Source of the DNA: Amoebidium appalachense
Taxonomy: Eukaryota > Protista > Ichthyosporea
Length of the DNA: 64,000 nucleotides
Assembly (NCBI GenBank): GCA_963693365.1
Contig: CAVNZM010000001.1
Location: 20,468,125-20,532,124, forward strand
Direction: 5' to 3'
The notes under the pieces are model-generated. The model worked only from the letters and a program-made list of their open reading frames with translations. It made no database searches and was not told where the DNA came from. The translations under genes were made by a program, and so were the position numbers. Of the stretch, positions 38,518 through 52,546 are shown piece after piece; position 1 is the first letter of the stretch; the number at the start of each line of letters is the position of its first letter.

Positions 38518-38655
38518 AGGGGCCAAGTCGGACGTCTACACCTGATTAAACCCAACGGCTATGCATCGGAAGCGAATCCTTCGTGCCGGCTTTGCAAGAC
38601 ACAGTCAGAAACTTTAAGTCGACACGCGGTGGAGGTAGCATACTTCTGTCAATGA
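38518..38655 (+). mobile_element. Possible relic of a non-LTR retrotransposon C-terminal zinc knuckle
   Basis: Short frame translates ...PSCRLCKTQSETLSRHAVEVAYFCQ*, resembling the CxxC..ET..H..C knuckle downstream of LINE RTs. No RT sequence seen adjacent. Confidence 0.25.
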
Positions 38656-38974
38656 ATCAGACTGGTGTGATGTGTGCATTGCCCTCGACCGTCAACATCT
38701 CTTTCAAAAAGTGATATGGTTTTTTGTGTCCTGTTGCTTCTCCCCGAAGCCTTCCCCCCTGACAGTGCACCCCATGCTCACCCACCCTCCGTTGAAAACC
38801 CCCGGGCACATCCCCCCATCCCCACATTTTTTCGGCAACAAATTGAGAGCCTGTATTAAAAAAGGGAAGGGGGGTGGGAGATAATCACGGTTGCCAGATT
38901 GGTGGAGAAATATTGGGGACCTCCAGCCTGAGGGGGTGGAGTGGGTGGGGTTGGGGGTAAGGAGGAAGAGGCGG

Positions 38975-39006
<32 letters not shown>

Positions 39007-40168
39007 AGGAGGGGGGAGGGGGTCACAAAACAAGCACACTTGCTCACACAGCTTATCGAGTTGATTCAGATACCTAATAGGGGTTAACTACATAATCATA
39101 ATATGCTTCTGAAATCACCATCTGCTTGCCTAATTATAATCCATGCTCGAGCTCTGATACCTTGTTCACTTCCGGGTCCCTTGCACTTACCGTACATTTC
39201 ACATGTATGCATGCACTCAACGTGACCCGTTCTCGCACATTTCATAAGTTTTGTAGTACAGTAGCTCTTCACATATTAATATATTATAATATATATATAT
39301 GATCTCTCTTCTCTCCATAGCATCGCCCTGATCATGACTGAGTGCCTAGCCCCCCCCCCCCCCCCCCCCCCCTCCCCCCCCCCCTCCCTCCCAATACAGT
39401 ATCCTCTGACGCAACATGATTTTCACAGGTCAATGATGCCACCACTAAGATCTGGATTTACCACCATAGATTGTAAAAAGGAGATTCTAAAACTATTTAC
39501 CCCCCCCCCCCCCCCCCCCCCCCCCCGGGGGCCCCCAGCCCCATCGATCCACCCTCTCAGATCATCTCAATCACCGTGACACGCCAACTCTTCATAGTAC
39601 ACATAATTGGTTGGTTTATTAGTCACCAATTGTGAAGGAGCACGGACCCATGATTGTCCACGTGCATGGCGTGTGCCAGCGATACTGAGGGTAGACCAGA
39701 CTCGAGAGCATTACACTGTTATTATTGCCGTATCATGCATGACACGTTTTGGGAGTGAGTTGCTGCTATTTCACAAGCGTGGACAATTTATTCAAGTGCA
39801 CGTGTCCCCGTTTTGTGCCGTGTGAAAGCACTAACTAGAGTGGCTGGAGATGTAACCGTTATAGTCAGTGTATTGCATATTCAATTTGATGCACTACATT
39901 AATATGTATGATTGTACCGTACAGGTACGTACACTGAGAGCAGTAGCCTGCTCAAGTATGCATGCCCCAGCAGCTTAGCATGTTACTGTTTATACATATT
40001 AGTTATGCCTTTTGCTTGAGTTCACTGTTTCCAAAATGTAGGCCTATGGACTTCTACTGCACAAAACTTAGCTAATTGAGCTAAATCGAATAGAGCTGCC
40101 CAAGTGACTGTGTACGTGAACAACCTTAACGTACGGTGCAGATCAATAGTTAGCAAAATGTTGGTCAA

Positions 40169-40227
<59 letters not shown>

Positions 40228-40707
40228 GCACGCAGTGTCACACACGTGCACACACACACAGTCACACACACACACACGCACAGACTGTGACATATGTGTA
40301 TACACGTGTCTGTGAGTGAGTGTAGCACATAGCACACACACACACACAAACATATATGTACACATGTATACATACAAATGACAAGAACCTTATTAATATT
40401 AATTAGTAAAATTGGTAGCCTTCTCAAATATGCACGTCTCAAAATGTAACACAGTCAGCTGAAACAATTAGATATGCCACTCAACGTAAACGCTGCGCGG
40501 CTTGTACATGTATTCACTATTCCAAACCTTTTGGAATATTGTCTGCACGAAAGAAACGTGTAGTTCGCTTGTGTACAGTATCGTATGATAATTCGGTGAC
40601 TGGTGCACGTGAACAAACGGTGCCCACGACACTATTAAAAAGGTGTCGGTCAGCCTAAGCCAACACACACACACACACTGACACACACACTCACACACGC
40701 GCACACG

Positions 40708-40768
<61 letters not shown>

Positions 40769-41568
40769 ACGCACACGCACACGCACACGCACACGCACAC
40801 GCACACGCACACGCACACGCACACGCACACACACACACACGCGCGCGCGCGATGTGTGAGATGTGTGCCCGTCACACAAACACGAACTCGCCCTTGCCCA
40901 AACACAGTGTGTGAAACTGTGGAACACTTCAGAGGGCCGCGCCCATGACCTGCCTAATTTGGACAATCTTTATGGATCATTTTGCACTCCTCCGAAGCCC
41001 TCGTGACATATCATGAATCTATGCCAAATCCGATTTTATGAAGAAGAAACCCAAATGGCTCTACAAAAAAGACACCTCCCGCTATGTAATTTTAAAAAAA
41101 ATCGAATTGTAAAAAAGAAAATTATAGGATACATATAGTATTGACTACAAAAGCCGCCTCACCTGCAAGCCAATAAAAGCCTGCATAGCCATTCAATGGT
41201 CTACGTTTTGATTGGCTCAATGTCACCAATGAAAGCGCAAGAGCCGCGTGATCTCGCCTTCATGCCAAGGCCTCATCTGGGCCTTGCTTCATGCTGGCAC
41301 AAAAACGCCGCACACGACCAGCGTGCACAGACACAGCGAGAAAACGAAACGTAGGCTTCTAAAAGAGATAACGGTCTTATTTATATTAGGTTTAGTGGAT
41401 GAAGCAGCTTTAGTTAGACACTTTCAAGTATATATGGCTCCAGATAATCAACAATAGCGCTTCTTTGTTTGCAAAAATTACTGTCTTCTGGCCTAACGTA
41501 GTTGACCCCTGAAGGCCATCACTTAACAAAACAAAGGAAACCAAGCATTTTATAGCTAGAGATTTAGA

Positions 41569-44037
41569 ATGTCGCTCTCACTTGTCACCTCCGTTGTTGG
41601 GCGCTCAGGCTGCCGTGCCACTGCAGCTGCCGCCACAGGTGTTGCACGGATAGTTGCCGCCAGCTACCACAAGAACGTAAGTGGTTTTTTTACTCGTTTT
41701 CCTTGTTTTTTTTTTTCCTTGGTTCTTTTTTTTTGGGTTGCCCTTGCCCTTCCGCGTGTGCTTTTTCCTTTTTAAGCCAGGGTTGCTTTTTAGCTCTTCA
41801 GAGTGCGGAGTTAGGGGTCGCACATCACCCATACACCGCTCTTGTACCCCCACGGTGCTACTTCCCAGCGCTTCTTTGTTTTAAGACGCAGGTGTGCAAT
41901 TAAGGGTTGGTTGGTGTAAGGATGCAACACATCTGATCAACACCCTCCCCCGCCCCTCCCTCCCCTCCCCCCCCACCACCACACACACACACACACACAC
42001 ACACACGTCGTGAATGTATGTACTTTGTAATCTTTGACAAACAGTATACTTTCCAGCCCGTCCCCGCTCCCCCCCTCCCCCCTCCTCCTCCTCCTCCTCT
42101 CCCTTTAAAAGGGTCCACCAACATGCACTCCGGTCCCGCTCTGTCTTATTCAGCTTCTTCACCCACCTGTTTTTTTCAGCAATTATTTTGTTATTGCGCA
42201 ACCCTTCGATCTTTCACATTCAACACTGCTGGCCTTGCCTCCCTGTCGTTTGTTACCAGTGGTTTTGTTTTTTGTGCCAGTGGCTGTGCCTTGGTGTCAA
42301 CCTTGGAAGGAGGTGGAGATGCAGACTGTGCGCACCTGTGTTCCTAAGGAAATGGATTTTTTTGTGTTTGCCGGCAAACTGGCTTGTACAGACGGATAAC
42401 ACGCAACATGCACTCTTTTTGGGCCCGATACAGGTTATACACCACGTGTATGGCTATGGTTGTTTCTTATGGGTGTTTCTTTGCTACGTGTGGGTTTTAG
42501 GATTACGAACCAACCCTTGCTTGGTATTGGTGTACATGCCGCTCTCAGCCGCAAACCCCCCTCCCCCCCCCCCCCCCCCCTCCCCCCGCCCCCCGCCAAA
42601 CACACACACACACGCATACACACACACCTTTGCCCCTCTCCCCCGTCTCCCCCTCCGCCCCTCCCCCCCTAAACACGAACACACGTACAGACATACACGC
42701 GTAATCCCCCCCCACCCCCACCCCCAAACGAGAATAAGAGCTTGGACTTTGAATTTGGCCACTTCAGCAACGGCTCTGTGTGTTAATAGGTAAAACATCT
42801 ATGAAACTGCCGAGGTCAAGTGTTCTGGCTTGGTATTGAATTTTCGCACTGCCTCAATGCCCACTTGTTGTATCTTTCGTTTTCTTGTATTTGGCCTTGC
42901 CTTCTGCACTCTCCAACTTCCATGCCCTTACTTGTGTGCCGCCCCGACAGGTTATTGAGCACTACGAGAAGCCGCGCAATGTTGGGTCCATGAATAAGGA
43001 TGCCCCAGACGTGGGTACCGGTTTGGTGGGTGCACCAGCCTGCGGTGACGTCATGAAACTTCAGATTCAGGTGGACGAAAATAACCGGATTGTGGATGCG
43101 AGGTTTAAGACGTTTGGCTGTGGGTCGGCTATTGCAAGCAGCAGTTTGGTGACTGAGCTCGTGAAGGGCAAGACCCTGGACGAGGCATCGAAGATCAAGA
43201 ACCAGGAGATTGCACAGGAGCTGAGGCTGCCCCCCGTGAAGATTCACTGCTCATGTAAGTGCACGGGACTAGCATGGGGTGTGATGGCAGGTTCCAGTGA
43301 AGCGCTTGATGGCCGAGGGGAGGAGGAGGGATTGGGGGGGGAGGGGAGGGATCGCAATTGCGGGACGCACACATACTAAGACATAGGGATTTGGTGCGTG
43401 CGTGCGTGCGTGCGTGCGTGTATGCATGTAGAGATAGGGGACGATGCGGGTTAGGGGTTCTTGTTTGCTTGTGTTCAACGAAAATGTGCTCACGGAATGT
43501 AAGTTGAATTTTTTTTTTTTGGTGGGGGGTGGGGAGGGGAAGGCGGAGTAGTGTTGGCGGTGGGGGCGTGCGCGCGCTTATGTGTGTGTGGCATTGGGGG
43601 AGGGGGGGGGGGGGGGGAGGGGGGGGGGGGCTAATCGGTGTATATGCCTTGGCGGTTCTTATCGCAGTTCTGCCACTTGCACATGACTGGCAACCATGGT
43701 TGGTTGTTTCGTTGCAAACCGAGCATTGGGTGTAAGGGCATTATCAGCACATCTGGTGGGGTAGTTAGTGTGTGTCGTTGCACTGCGGCGTACATGGTTG
43801 TACAGTCATGTGTGTGTGCGTGCGCGCACGTGGGCGTGTGCACGTGCTCGTTGGCGCATGGGTGAATGTGCGGGTGCTGATTTGCAGGATTGGGTGGGTG
43901 GGTGTCGTAGTGGCTGCCGGTGTGTGTGATAGCCTTGTGCCTGTGAATGTTTTTTAAGGTGAACGACGGTGGGGGTGTGTGCGTGCATGCTTGCGTGTGT
44001 CATTGTGTGTGTGCGCGCATGTGTGTGTTTTTGAGGT

Positions 44038-44085
<48 letters not shown>

Positions 44086-44092
44086 TTTTTTT

Positions 44093-44125
<33 letters not shown>

Positions 44126-44523
44126 TGTGATTGTTTTAAATTTCTGTGTGTTTTTGTGTGTATGTGTTTTGAGAGGAAGGGGGATGGTGTGTGTGTGTGA
44201 GGGGGAGGGGGGGCTCTGTTTCAAGCTTGCCTAGCAGGAACACAGGATAGTATCTCAGCACGGAACACGGGGCATGTTTTTGTGCACAGTGCACACCAGC
44301 CGTGTGTTACCAGCAGGTGTTTGGCTTTTGCTGCTGTTGTCTGAATGCCAGGTTTTCTCGTGTGTAGTGTCAGTTGAAGTTTTCCATGCTTTCTGACGGA
44401 CAGCGAACTCTTCTCCCTTTTGTTTCGCTCACAACTGCAAATGTACGCACAGCAGCACAGTTGCACACACATTCGCGCACACACACAGGCACAGGCACAT
44501 GAACGCACACACACACGTACGCA

Positions 44524-44583
<60 letters not shown>

Positions 44584-44802
44584 CACACGTACACACCTAC
44601 CCACCGACCCCCCCCCCCCCCCCACACACACACACACACCGACCCCCCCCCCCCCCTCCCCCACCCACACACAGACCCATTCACCCACCCACCCACCCAC
44701 CCACACGCCCCCACACACACAGTGCTTGCAGAGGATGCAGTCAAGGCGGCCATCAAGGACATCCAGGCCAAGCGGGCGCGCAAGCAGCAGGCCACGGCCT
44801 GA
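41569..44802 (+). CDS. ISCU: Mitochondrial iron-sulfur cluster scaffold ISCU/Isu1
   Basis: Exons 41569-41676, 42951-43254, 44723-44802. Presequence-like N-terminus, then [63 protein letters not shown]. Confidence 0.97.
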
Positions 44803-46275
44803 GGGGCTGGCGGGCAGGCACGGAGCAGTGTTGGTGCCCAGTGTGGCACACGCGTCCGCCTGCGGCTAATGCTCGGCTGGGTTTTGTAAGCTCGCACAGC
44901 AGCACGCAGGCATTTTTCTTGTGAATGATGACCTGGTACCGAATAGACACCGCGTAGTTGTATGACACAAATCAACGTATGGAGCTTTTAGACACCCTTT
45001 TGGGGAGACATTAAATAAAGGCCTCGACTGTGCCTTGATATTTGGCTGAGCAGATGCGCATATTGAGCATCCCCACATATTGTTATATGTCATGCTCGTG
45101 TTTAAGTGGGGTGCAGACATAGCCCCAATACCTCACCCGTGCAGCGTATGGTGTGCTGCACACACCAGCCCTGGCTCGATTCTTGTGTGCACATGCTCGA
45201 TCAGCGCTGATGTGTGTGTTCACATGCATGGCCCCCACTATCCCCAGGCAAAATCTGGCCGGTGCGTGCTCTCATGGGTCCCAATATCCCCACATGCGCA
45301 AGTGTGCACGGACCCCAATATATCTCCACCGGCACCGTCACACCGAGGTGTGATATTCGATTACATGAAGCGTGCATGCATGGCCCCAAGAAGCAAAACC
45401 GGAACTCCTTTGCGCATGAGCACGTACATGAGCTGCACGGACGCACATCAACCACATGCTTGCAGACCGACCCCCCATGGTGCCCCGCGTGTATGCACAT
45501 GGCCGGCCATGCATGGCCTATATAGCTGCAGCCGATATGTTGCATTCATATGGTGCAATGCACATGCGTGTGCATAAAACAGTACGGGGTACAGCATGTT
45601 GCACAGGTCCGATGATGTGCATGCATTTACATATGCAAGCCCACCATGTTTGAGCCATAGGCTTAACATGCCGAAGATTTCGTTCAGGTGTTTTTACTTC
45701 AGCATTCGGGTGCACCATTGCATGCAGGTGCACCGTGTATAAGGTGTTGGGGCCAGCCAAAAGTGACGCCATACAAAAAAGAATCGCAGTGCCAATTCAT
45801 GCATGCCCATTATGCGGAACTAGAGGGCAGGATTGGCGCCAACTACAGTATCACTATACATGTGGGGTGCATTCGAGCATGCATAATTATGGGTCCATGG
45901 GATAGTAGAGTGGGCAACCAAAAGGTCAACAGCGGGAGACTCCCTTTAACAATAAGTATGTCATGTGGATAGCTAGACCATGATACTACCTCCAAGCAGC
46001 AAAAGTACAGGTCCCCACGCTACCCTGTAGATATATGATTGGTGTGGTTGGTGTGTACGTGTGAAATGTATAAGTAAGTTCTTGACCAAAATACGGCATG
46101 TCTTAGTACAGGCTCACTGCACTCGAAAGCCCATATATCCTCGTCGTGCCTGCGGCCACTGCGCCACCGTCTACTTGGGTCCCTCCCCCTCTCTGTGTGA
46201 GTGCATGCAATGTTCTATAGGGTGCAGTTGTGTATATGCTCGTACTGGCATTCCTTTCATGTCGCACTGTCTGTG

Positions 46276-46434
46276 TCAGCAGGCAGGGATGAAGAAAGTC
46301 CAGCAGCCACTGTCCCAGTCAAAGTGGCAGCTAGTGGCGCCCATGCTGTCGGCCAGTCTGGCCAGCTTGCTGTTGTAAGCTGCCTCCTTGCTGCTGTCCC
46401 ACTCGGCCGTATTGTACTTCTTGGGGTGGCAGCT

Positions 46435-46493
<59 letters not shown>

Positions 46494-46908
46494 CGTTAGT
46501 GAGAGGTGTGAGTTGTAATGGTGGCGCGAAGACAGAGAAATGGATCAGAAAGGAAAGGGGTAGTGGTTGGGGGCGGGGGGGGGGGGGGGGGGGGGGGAGG
46601 GGAGAGGGACGGGAAAGAGGGACGGAGGGATGGAGGGAGGGGGGAGGGGGGGGGGGGGGGGGGGGGGAGGGTAAGCAAAGAAGAGAAGGGTACCGGGAGT
46701 ATGCTGAGTACTGTTGTGAGATGCATGCCCCCCAGCAAGCAAGCAAGCACATGCAACCACGTATCTGCATGGCAACCACAGACCACATGCCAGACTGTGT
46801 GGCTAGCAGAGTTGGCCGACAGTGCGGTGCAAAAGCATTGGCAGAACTCAACATAGAGTAAAAAGAGAATGTGTGCATCAAATGTACAAGCTGTAATATG
46901 TGGGGGCG

Positions 46909-46958
<50 letters not shown>

Positions 46959-47879
46959 GGGGGGGGGGAGGGGGGGGGAGCGCAAGAGGAGAAGCACGTG
47001 TGATTGTGTGTGTAGGTGCACCCGTGCATGTGCGCTGCTTACTTGTAGAGGGCGACCTTCTTGCCCACCATCAGGCCCTTTCCAGCCTCAGGGCACACAC
47101 CCAGTGCCTCGGGGTAGACATCAACCGTCTTGGGCCCAAACACCACCACCTGGTCCAGGGGTGTGTCCCCGTGCAGCCCAGCAAATGACGTCACATCCAC
47201 AGGGTCGGTGAACTCCACCTGCCCGTGCTGCCGGTGGAACACGGTGAACCGCCGCACACGCTTGAGCTGTTCAGTGCTCATCTCTTGCAGCTCAGACAGG
47301 CTCGGCTCTGGAAGAGGGAAGGGGGAGGGGGGGGGGGGGGGGGGGGGGGGGGGAGGGGGGGGGGGGGGGGGGGTAAGAAAGTGTCATAGAGTAAGAAGCA
47401 CACATAGCACACACCCATCATGGAAAACCAATGCAGACTGCAAACAAAGGACACAAAGGGTATGCGTAATAGGCAGAGCCATCCTCAGGCGGGACCACAT
47501 CATCCACAACATCCGAGTTTCGACCCATTGACCTGGTCAACGACAAACGTCCTCGGGTATTGTTTCACTTGGGTCACCCGTCTTGATCAGAGACGAGCAG
47601 GGCTACTTATTGACAAGCAACAGGCAAAGGCCGTGGGAAAGGTCGGAGGGTAATGAAAAGAGGGGAAGACCGGGGGGGGGGATTTAGGGCAACCTGTCCA
47701 AGCTCATATCGCAGAGCATGGTGGGGATATGCAAAAAGGACACAGCCAGCCAGACAAAGGATATGCTACATGAGATGGGCGATGCTCAGGGCCATAGGTA
47801 AGCATACAGGGTGTGTAACAACAAGTCATAGGGCCAGAATGGGGGTTCCATATGAACAGGAAACAAGAAAGACAAGGAT

Positions 47880-47916
<37 letters not shown>

Positions 47917-49057
47917 CTGTACCTGTGTAGACCTCTGGGTCACTGATGGTGAACAGGGATGGCTTCTTGTGCAGACTAGTGCTGGGGGGTGGGCCCCGCA
48001 CTGCTGTGGGGATGGGTGCCCTGCCCCCCCCCCTGCAGAACTCGGCTATGCTCAGGTCTGGCCCAGCCTTCTTGCTGGCCACTGGGCTGTCCACCCCGTT
48101 GGCCGGTGCCTTGTGCCCGTTGGCCAGCGCAACAGCAGTCCCCGGCAGAGGCTGGCCCACCACCCCAAGTGAGCACAAAAAACCAACCGCACACCATCCC
48201 CCCCTCCCCCCCCACACACACACACACATTAACATCCACACACATACCCCCCCCCTCCCCCCTGCCTCCGCCCGACGCTGATACACACACACACTAGTGA
48301 CCCCACGAACAAACCAACATAACAACATAATCTCCCCCCCCCCCCACCCCCCACCCCCCCTCCCGTTTCCCCGGCTCCACAACCAAATAAGACCCCCCCC
48401 CCCCCCCCCCCCTCCCCCCCCCCCCCCCCCCCCACACACACACACTAAATAAATAAACACACACACACACACCAGCCAACCACCATTACCACCACCACCA
48501 CACCCACCCACCCACCCGGGCAACTCCCCACACAAACAACTGCGCAAGACAAAGGGAAAAAAAAAAAAAAAAAAAAAAAAAAAAGAAAGAAAGAAAAGAA
48601 AAAGAAAAAACCCACCACACACACGCTGGCACACACCTTCCTAGTCAGTGTGCGTGTGGCCTGTGGGGTGAAGACTCTTGCCGGGGGCTCTGGGGCCAGG
48701 GCCCTGGCCTTTGCAGCCCCCCCGGCCGAGGGCAGCAGCTGCGGGGTGGCCACCTGCAGAGTGAGCTGGGGCTGGGCTGTGGGCGTGGAGGGGGCTGGGC
48801 CCTTCCTGGCTGAGTCGATGACGGCCTGCAGGTTGCCCAGGGGGGTGTAGGGTCGGGTCTGGGGCTGGGCTATGGGCACAGGCGTCTGGGCCCCTGGCTG
48901 GGCTGCACCTTGGCCTGGGGTCTTGGCCCCAAATAGCCCCCCGGTAGTGGCCCCAAAGGGGGTGGCTGCAGGGGTGGATGTGGCTGGGGGGGGGTTGGGT
49001 CAGAAAGGGATGGGGGGCACGGTGCACAGGCCCAGAAAAATCATCGGCCTGTATGGT

Positions 49058-49109
<52 letters not shown>

Positions 49110-51445
49110 ACGATCCTGCGTGGGCGTGTGTTTGTGTGTGTGTTGCGCGCCTGGGCGTGTGCCTTATAAAGCGTGTCGGTTATGTGTGTCTTGAATTGAT
49201 AAGATGTGTGCGTGCACACGCATGTGTATGTGTGCATGTGGACGTGCTTGCATACGCATAACTAGAGGTGTGTGCGCCTAAATGCCTATGTGTGGCGCTG
49301 GTGCTGGTGTGAGGGCACTAATAAAATATCCTGGTCCAGGGTACTAGGCACCAACCCACCACCAAACAGGCCCGTAGCTGTAGGTGCCGTGCCGAGGGCC
49401 GGCTTAGTGTTGAGGCTGAAGGGGGTGACCGTGCTTGCAGCCCCAAAGGGGGTGGCCCCACCCAGCGTCAGGGTGGGCGCAGTGGAGCCAAACGCAGGGG
49501 CTGCACTGGTAGTGGTCGACCCTGCAGGGGCTGGCTCAGCGCACGTGTCTACCGCCATGTGCATGTGTTTGCATGTGCTTGCGGGCATGTGGGCATGGTC
49601 ATGCGGCATGTCAAGATGTGCATGCACAAATTGTGTGCATGTGCATGCGTGTGTACTTGTGCGCATGTGCAGGTCATGCGTGCATGCACTTGTGTGGCTG
49701 TGGGTGTTTGTGGTATTGCATGTGCAACGTGTGCAGTATGAGCTGAGCGTCCATTCTAGAATGGCGGAGGTGTGCATGTACATGGGCATGTGCGCTGGCA
49801 CAGGTGTGTGTGGACAAAGAGGGCACGAAGCACCCAAAGGGAGCCAAAGCATGGGACCCACCGAAGCCACCAAAAGGGGCGGCTGATGACGTAGGGGCAC
49901 CAAACGGTGCAGGGGTGGCAGTGGCCCCACCAAACCCAGTGAAGGTGGTGCTGGGCTGGCTGCCGGCCCCAGCCGCCGTGGCTGCATGCATGGGCATGGT
50001 GTTAGGTCTGGTGAACAGGGAAAGTGGCTTTTTTTGGGGGGGGGGGGGTTTATCCTTTTTTATATTTTATTTCTTCTTATTATTATTATGAATATTATCG
50101 TTATTTTTTCCCTGGGGGGGGGGGAAAGGGGGGGGGGGGGGGGGGGGGGGCAAAAGATCCTCTGCGATTATAAGGGGACCATAAAGCATCAGGCACAGAC
50201 AGAATGGGCCTACACACGCACCAGGTATCCCATATACGCATCACACAGGCACACATTCAGGCACCGACTGGTCACTCCTGCACGTGCACATACGCATTGC
50301 TGACATACAACTCACCATCACCTACACGCTCCGTCCACCCCTAACAACCCTAACCCCCCATGTACAGGCCAGAAACATGGGCACACACACACCTTGGGTG
50401 GTGCCGAACCCGCCCAGGCCACCAAATACCGGTGCTGTGGATGTTGTTGTAGCCGCGAATGCAGGTGCCCCCGTGCTAGCCCCCAACCCCCCCAGCCCCC
50501 CAAAACCCCCACCACTTGCTGCCCCGAACCCCCCCGCAGCTGGTTGTGCAGCCGACCCAAACGTGTTTGTAGCACTAAATGCCGGTGTTTGTGTCGTGGC
50601 TCCAAATGCCGGTGTTTGTGCTGCGGCCCCAAATGCCGGTGTTTGTGTGGTAGCTCCAAATGCCGGTGTTTGTGTTGCTCCAAATGCCGGTGCTTGTGTT
50701 GCTGCTCCAAACGCCGGTGTTTGTGTTGCTCCAAATGCCGGTGTTTGTGTTGCTCCAAATGCCGGTGTATGTGTTGTAGCTCCAAATGCCGGTGTTTGTG
50801 CTGCTCCAAATGCCGGTGTCTGTGCTGCAGCTCCAAATGCCGGTGTTTGTGTGGCTGCACCAAATGCCGGGGTGGTGCTTGCACCAAACAGGCCTGCCGG
50901 CTGTGCCGGCTGCTGGCCAAACCCCGCTGCCGGGGTGCCAAATGCACCTGTGCCCGTGGGGGCAGACCCCCTGCCCTGCTTCTTGCCTGCCTGGTAGTCC
51001 TCCCAACGCAGCTCCTGCACTGTGACGTCAGCATGCAACCACAGCTAAAAATAGCGGTGCACAGGGCAATGCCTGACCAGACACACAGACCAACCTTGCA
51101 GCAATTATGCGCCACACCCACACAACCAAGGACATGCACCAAGCAAGAAGTCACACACATCCAGACGCCCCCCCCCCCCCCCCCCCCCCCCCTCCCCCTT
51201 CTGCCCACGCACCTCGAAGCTCTTATTTGCATATGCGGGCATGGCTGTGATGGCCAGCAGCTTGTTGGATCCAGTCGTCCCAGTCTCGGTCCAGTCTGTC
51301 TCGGTGTATGCCGACTGCCCTGTCCCCGTGCCTACCCCCATGCCCCCAAATGCCCCTGCCCCAACTGTCAGCGCAGGTTCATCCACCCACAAATCATGCA
51401 ATTCTCTTGCCTTGGCAACAGCCCCCCCTCCCCCCTCCCCCCTCC

Positions 51446-51510
<65 letters not shown>

Positions 51511-51533
51511 ACACCAACCGACCAAGGGGAAAA

Positions 51534-51574
<41 letters not shown>

Positions 51575-52428
51575 TCCATCCCATGCCCATCCCGTGGCCC
51601 AATCCCCCGACACACACACACACCAACCGACCAAAGAAAAGAAAACCACAGCCACCCACGGAACCACCCACCTACACAAGCACGCAGGCACCAATCGAAC
51701 AAGAGAAAAGTTCTCACCCACACACCCAAACTCACACACCGACCCCAACAAAGCAGTACACTCACACACACGCAAACACACACACACACACACCGATCCC
51801 AAGAAAGGAGTACACGCACGCACGCACGCACGCACACACACACGCACGCACGCAAACACACACACACGCACGCACGCACGCACGCACACACGCACGCACA
51901 TCAACATCCTAGGAAAACAGTACACACACACATACACACCAGCATTCTACCAAAACAGTACACACACACGGCACACCAACCAATCCTCCTAAGAAAGTGC
52001 ACACACACCTCCACCAAAGCCACCTCCAGCTGCTCCAAAGGTGGATGCTGGCTGAGCGCCAAACCCGCCTGTTGCTGGTTGCCCTATTGGGGTGCACATC
52101 AATGCCTGCATGGTGCCCTGCATGCCCCCCCACGGCCATGCATCCAAACACGGCCCTAGCGCACTGCCCTTGTTCACTGCTCACCACATGCACATTCCTA
52201 CATGCACCGCCAACCCTTAGCAAGAGCCTTGACACCTACACCATGGACCAACACATTCCCGGCCATGCTTCCACATGGTGATGGCCAATTATCACTCAGC
52301 ATGCCGATCTCCATCGGTCAGCACTCACTGTTTGCATGTACCTCTAGATGCAAAACCATGATTTGGACCTCAAAGGGCAGGCAACTATGACCAGGCTAAA
52401 GGGTGCAACGGAATGGGCTTGGCGGGAG

Positions 52429-52481
<53 letters not shown>

Positions 52482-52499
52482 TGTGTGTGTGTGTTTGTG

Positions 52500-52546
<47 letters not shown>

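Noticed and set aside
50338-50356. CCCTAA telomere-like hexamers
   Set aside because: Only two interrupted copies within an intron, consistent with chance.
50284-51992. Plus-strand Cys-rich 532-aa ORF (KCRCLCC repeats) and APNAGVC-repeat ORF, superficially metallothionein- or keratin-associated-like
   Set aside because: Antisense shadows of the Nup98 PAFG coding repeat. The minus frame has the GLEBS motif and proper splice sites.
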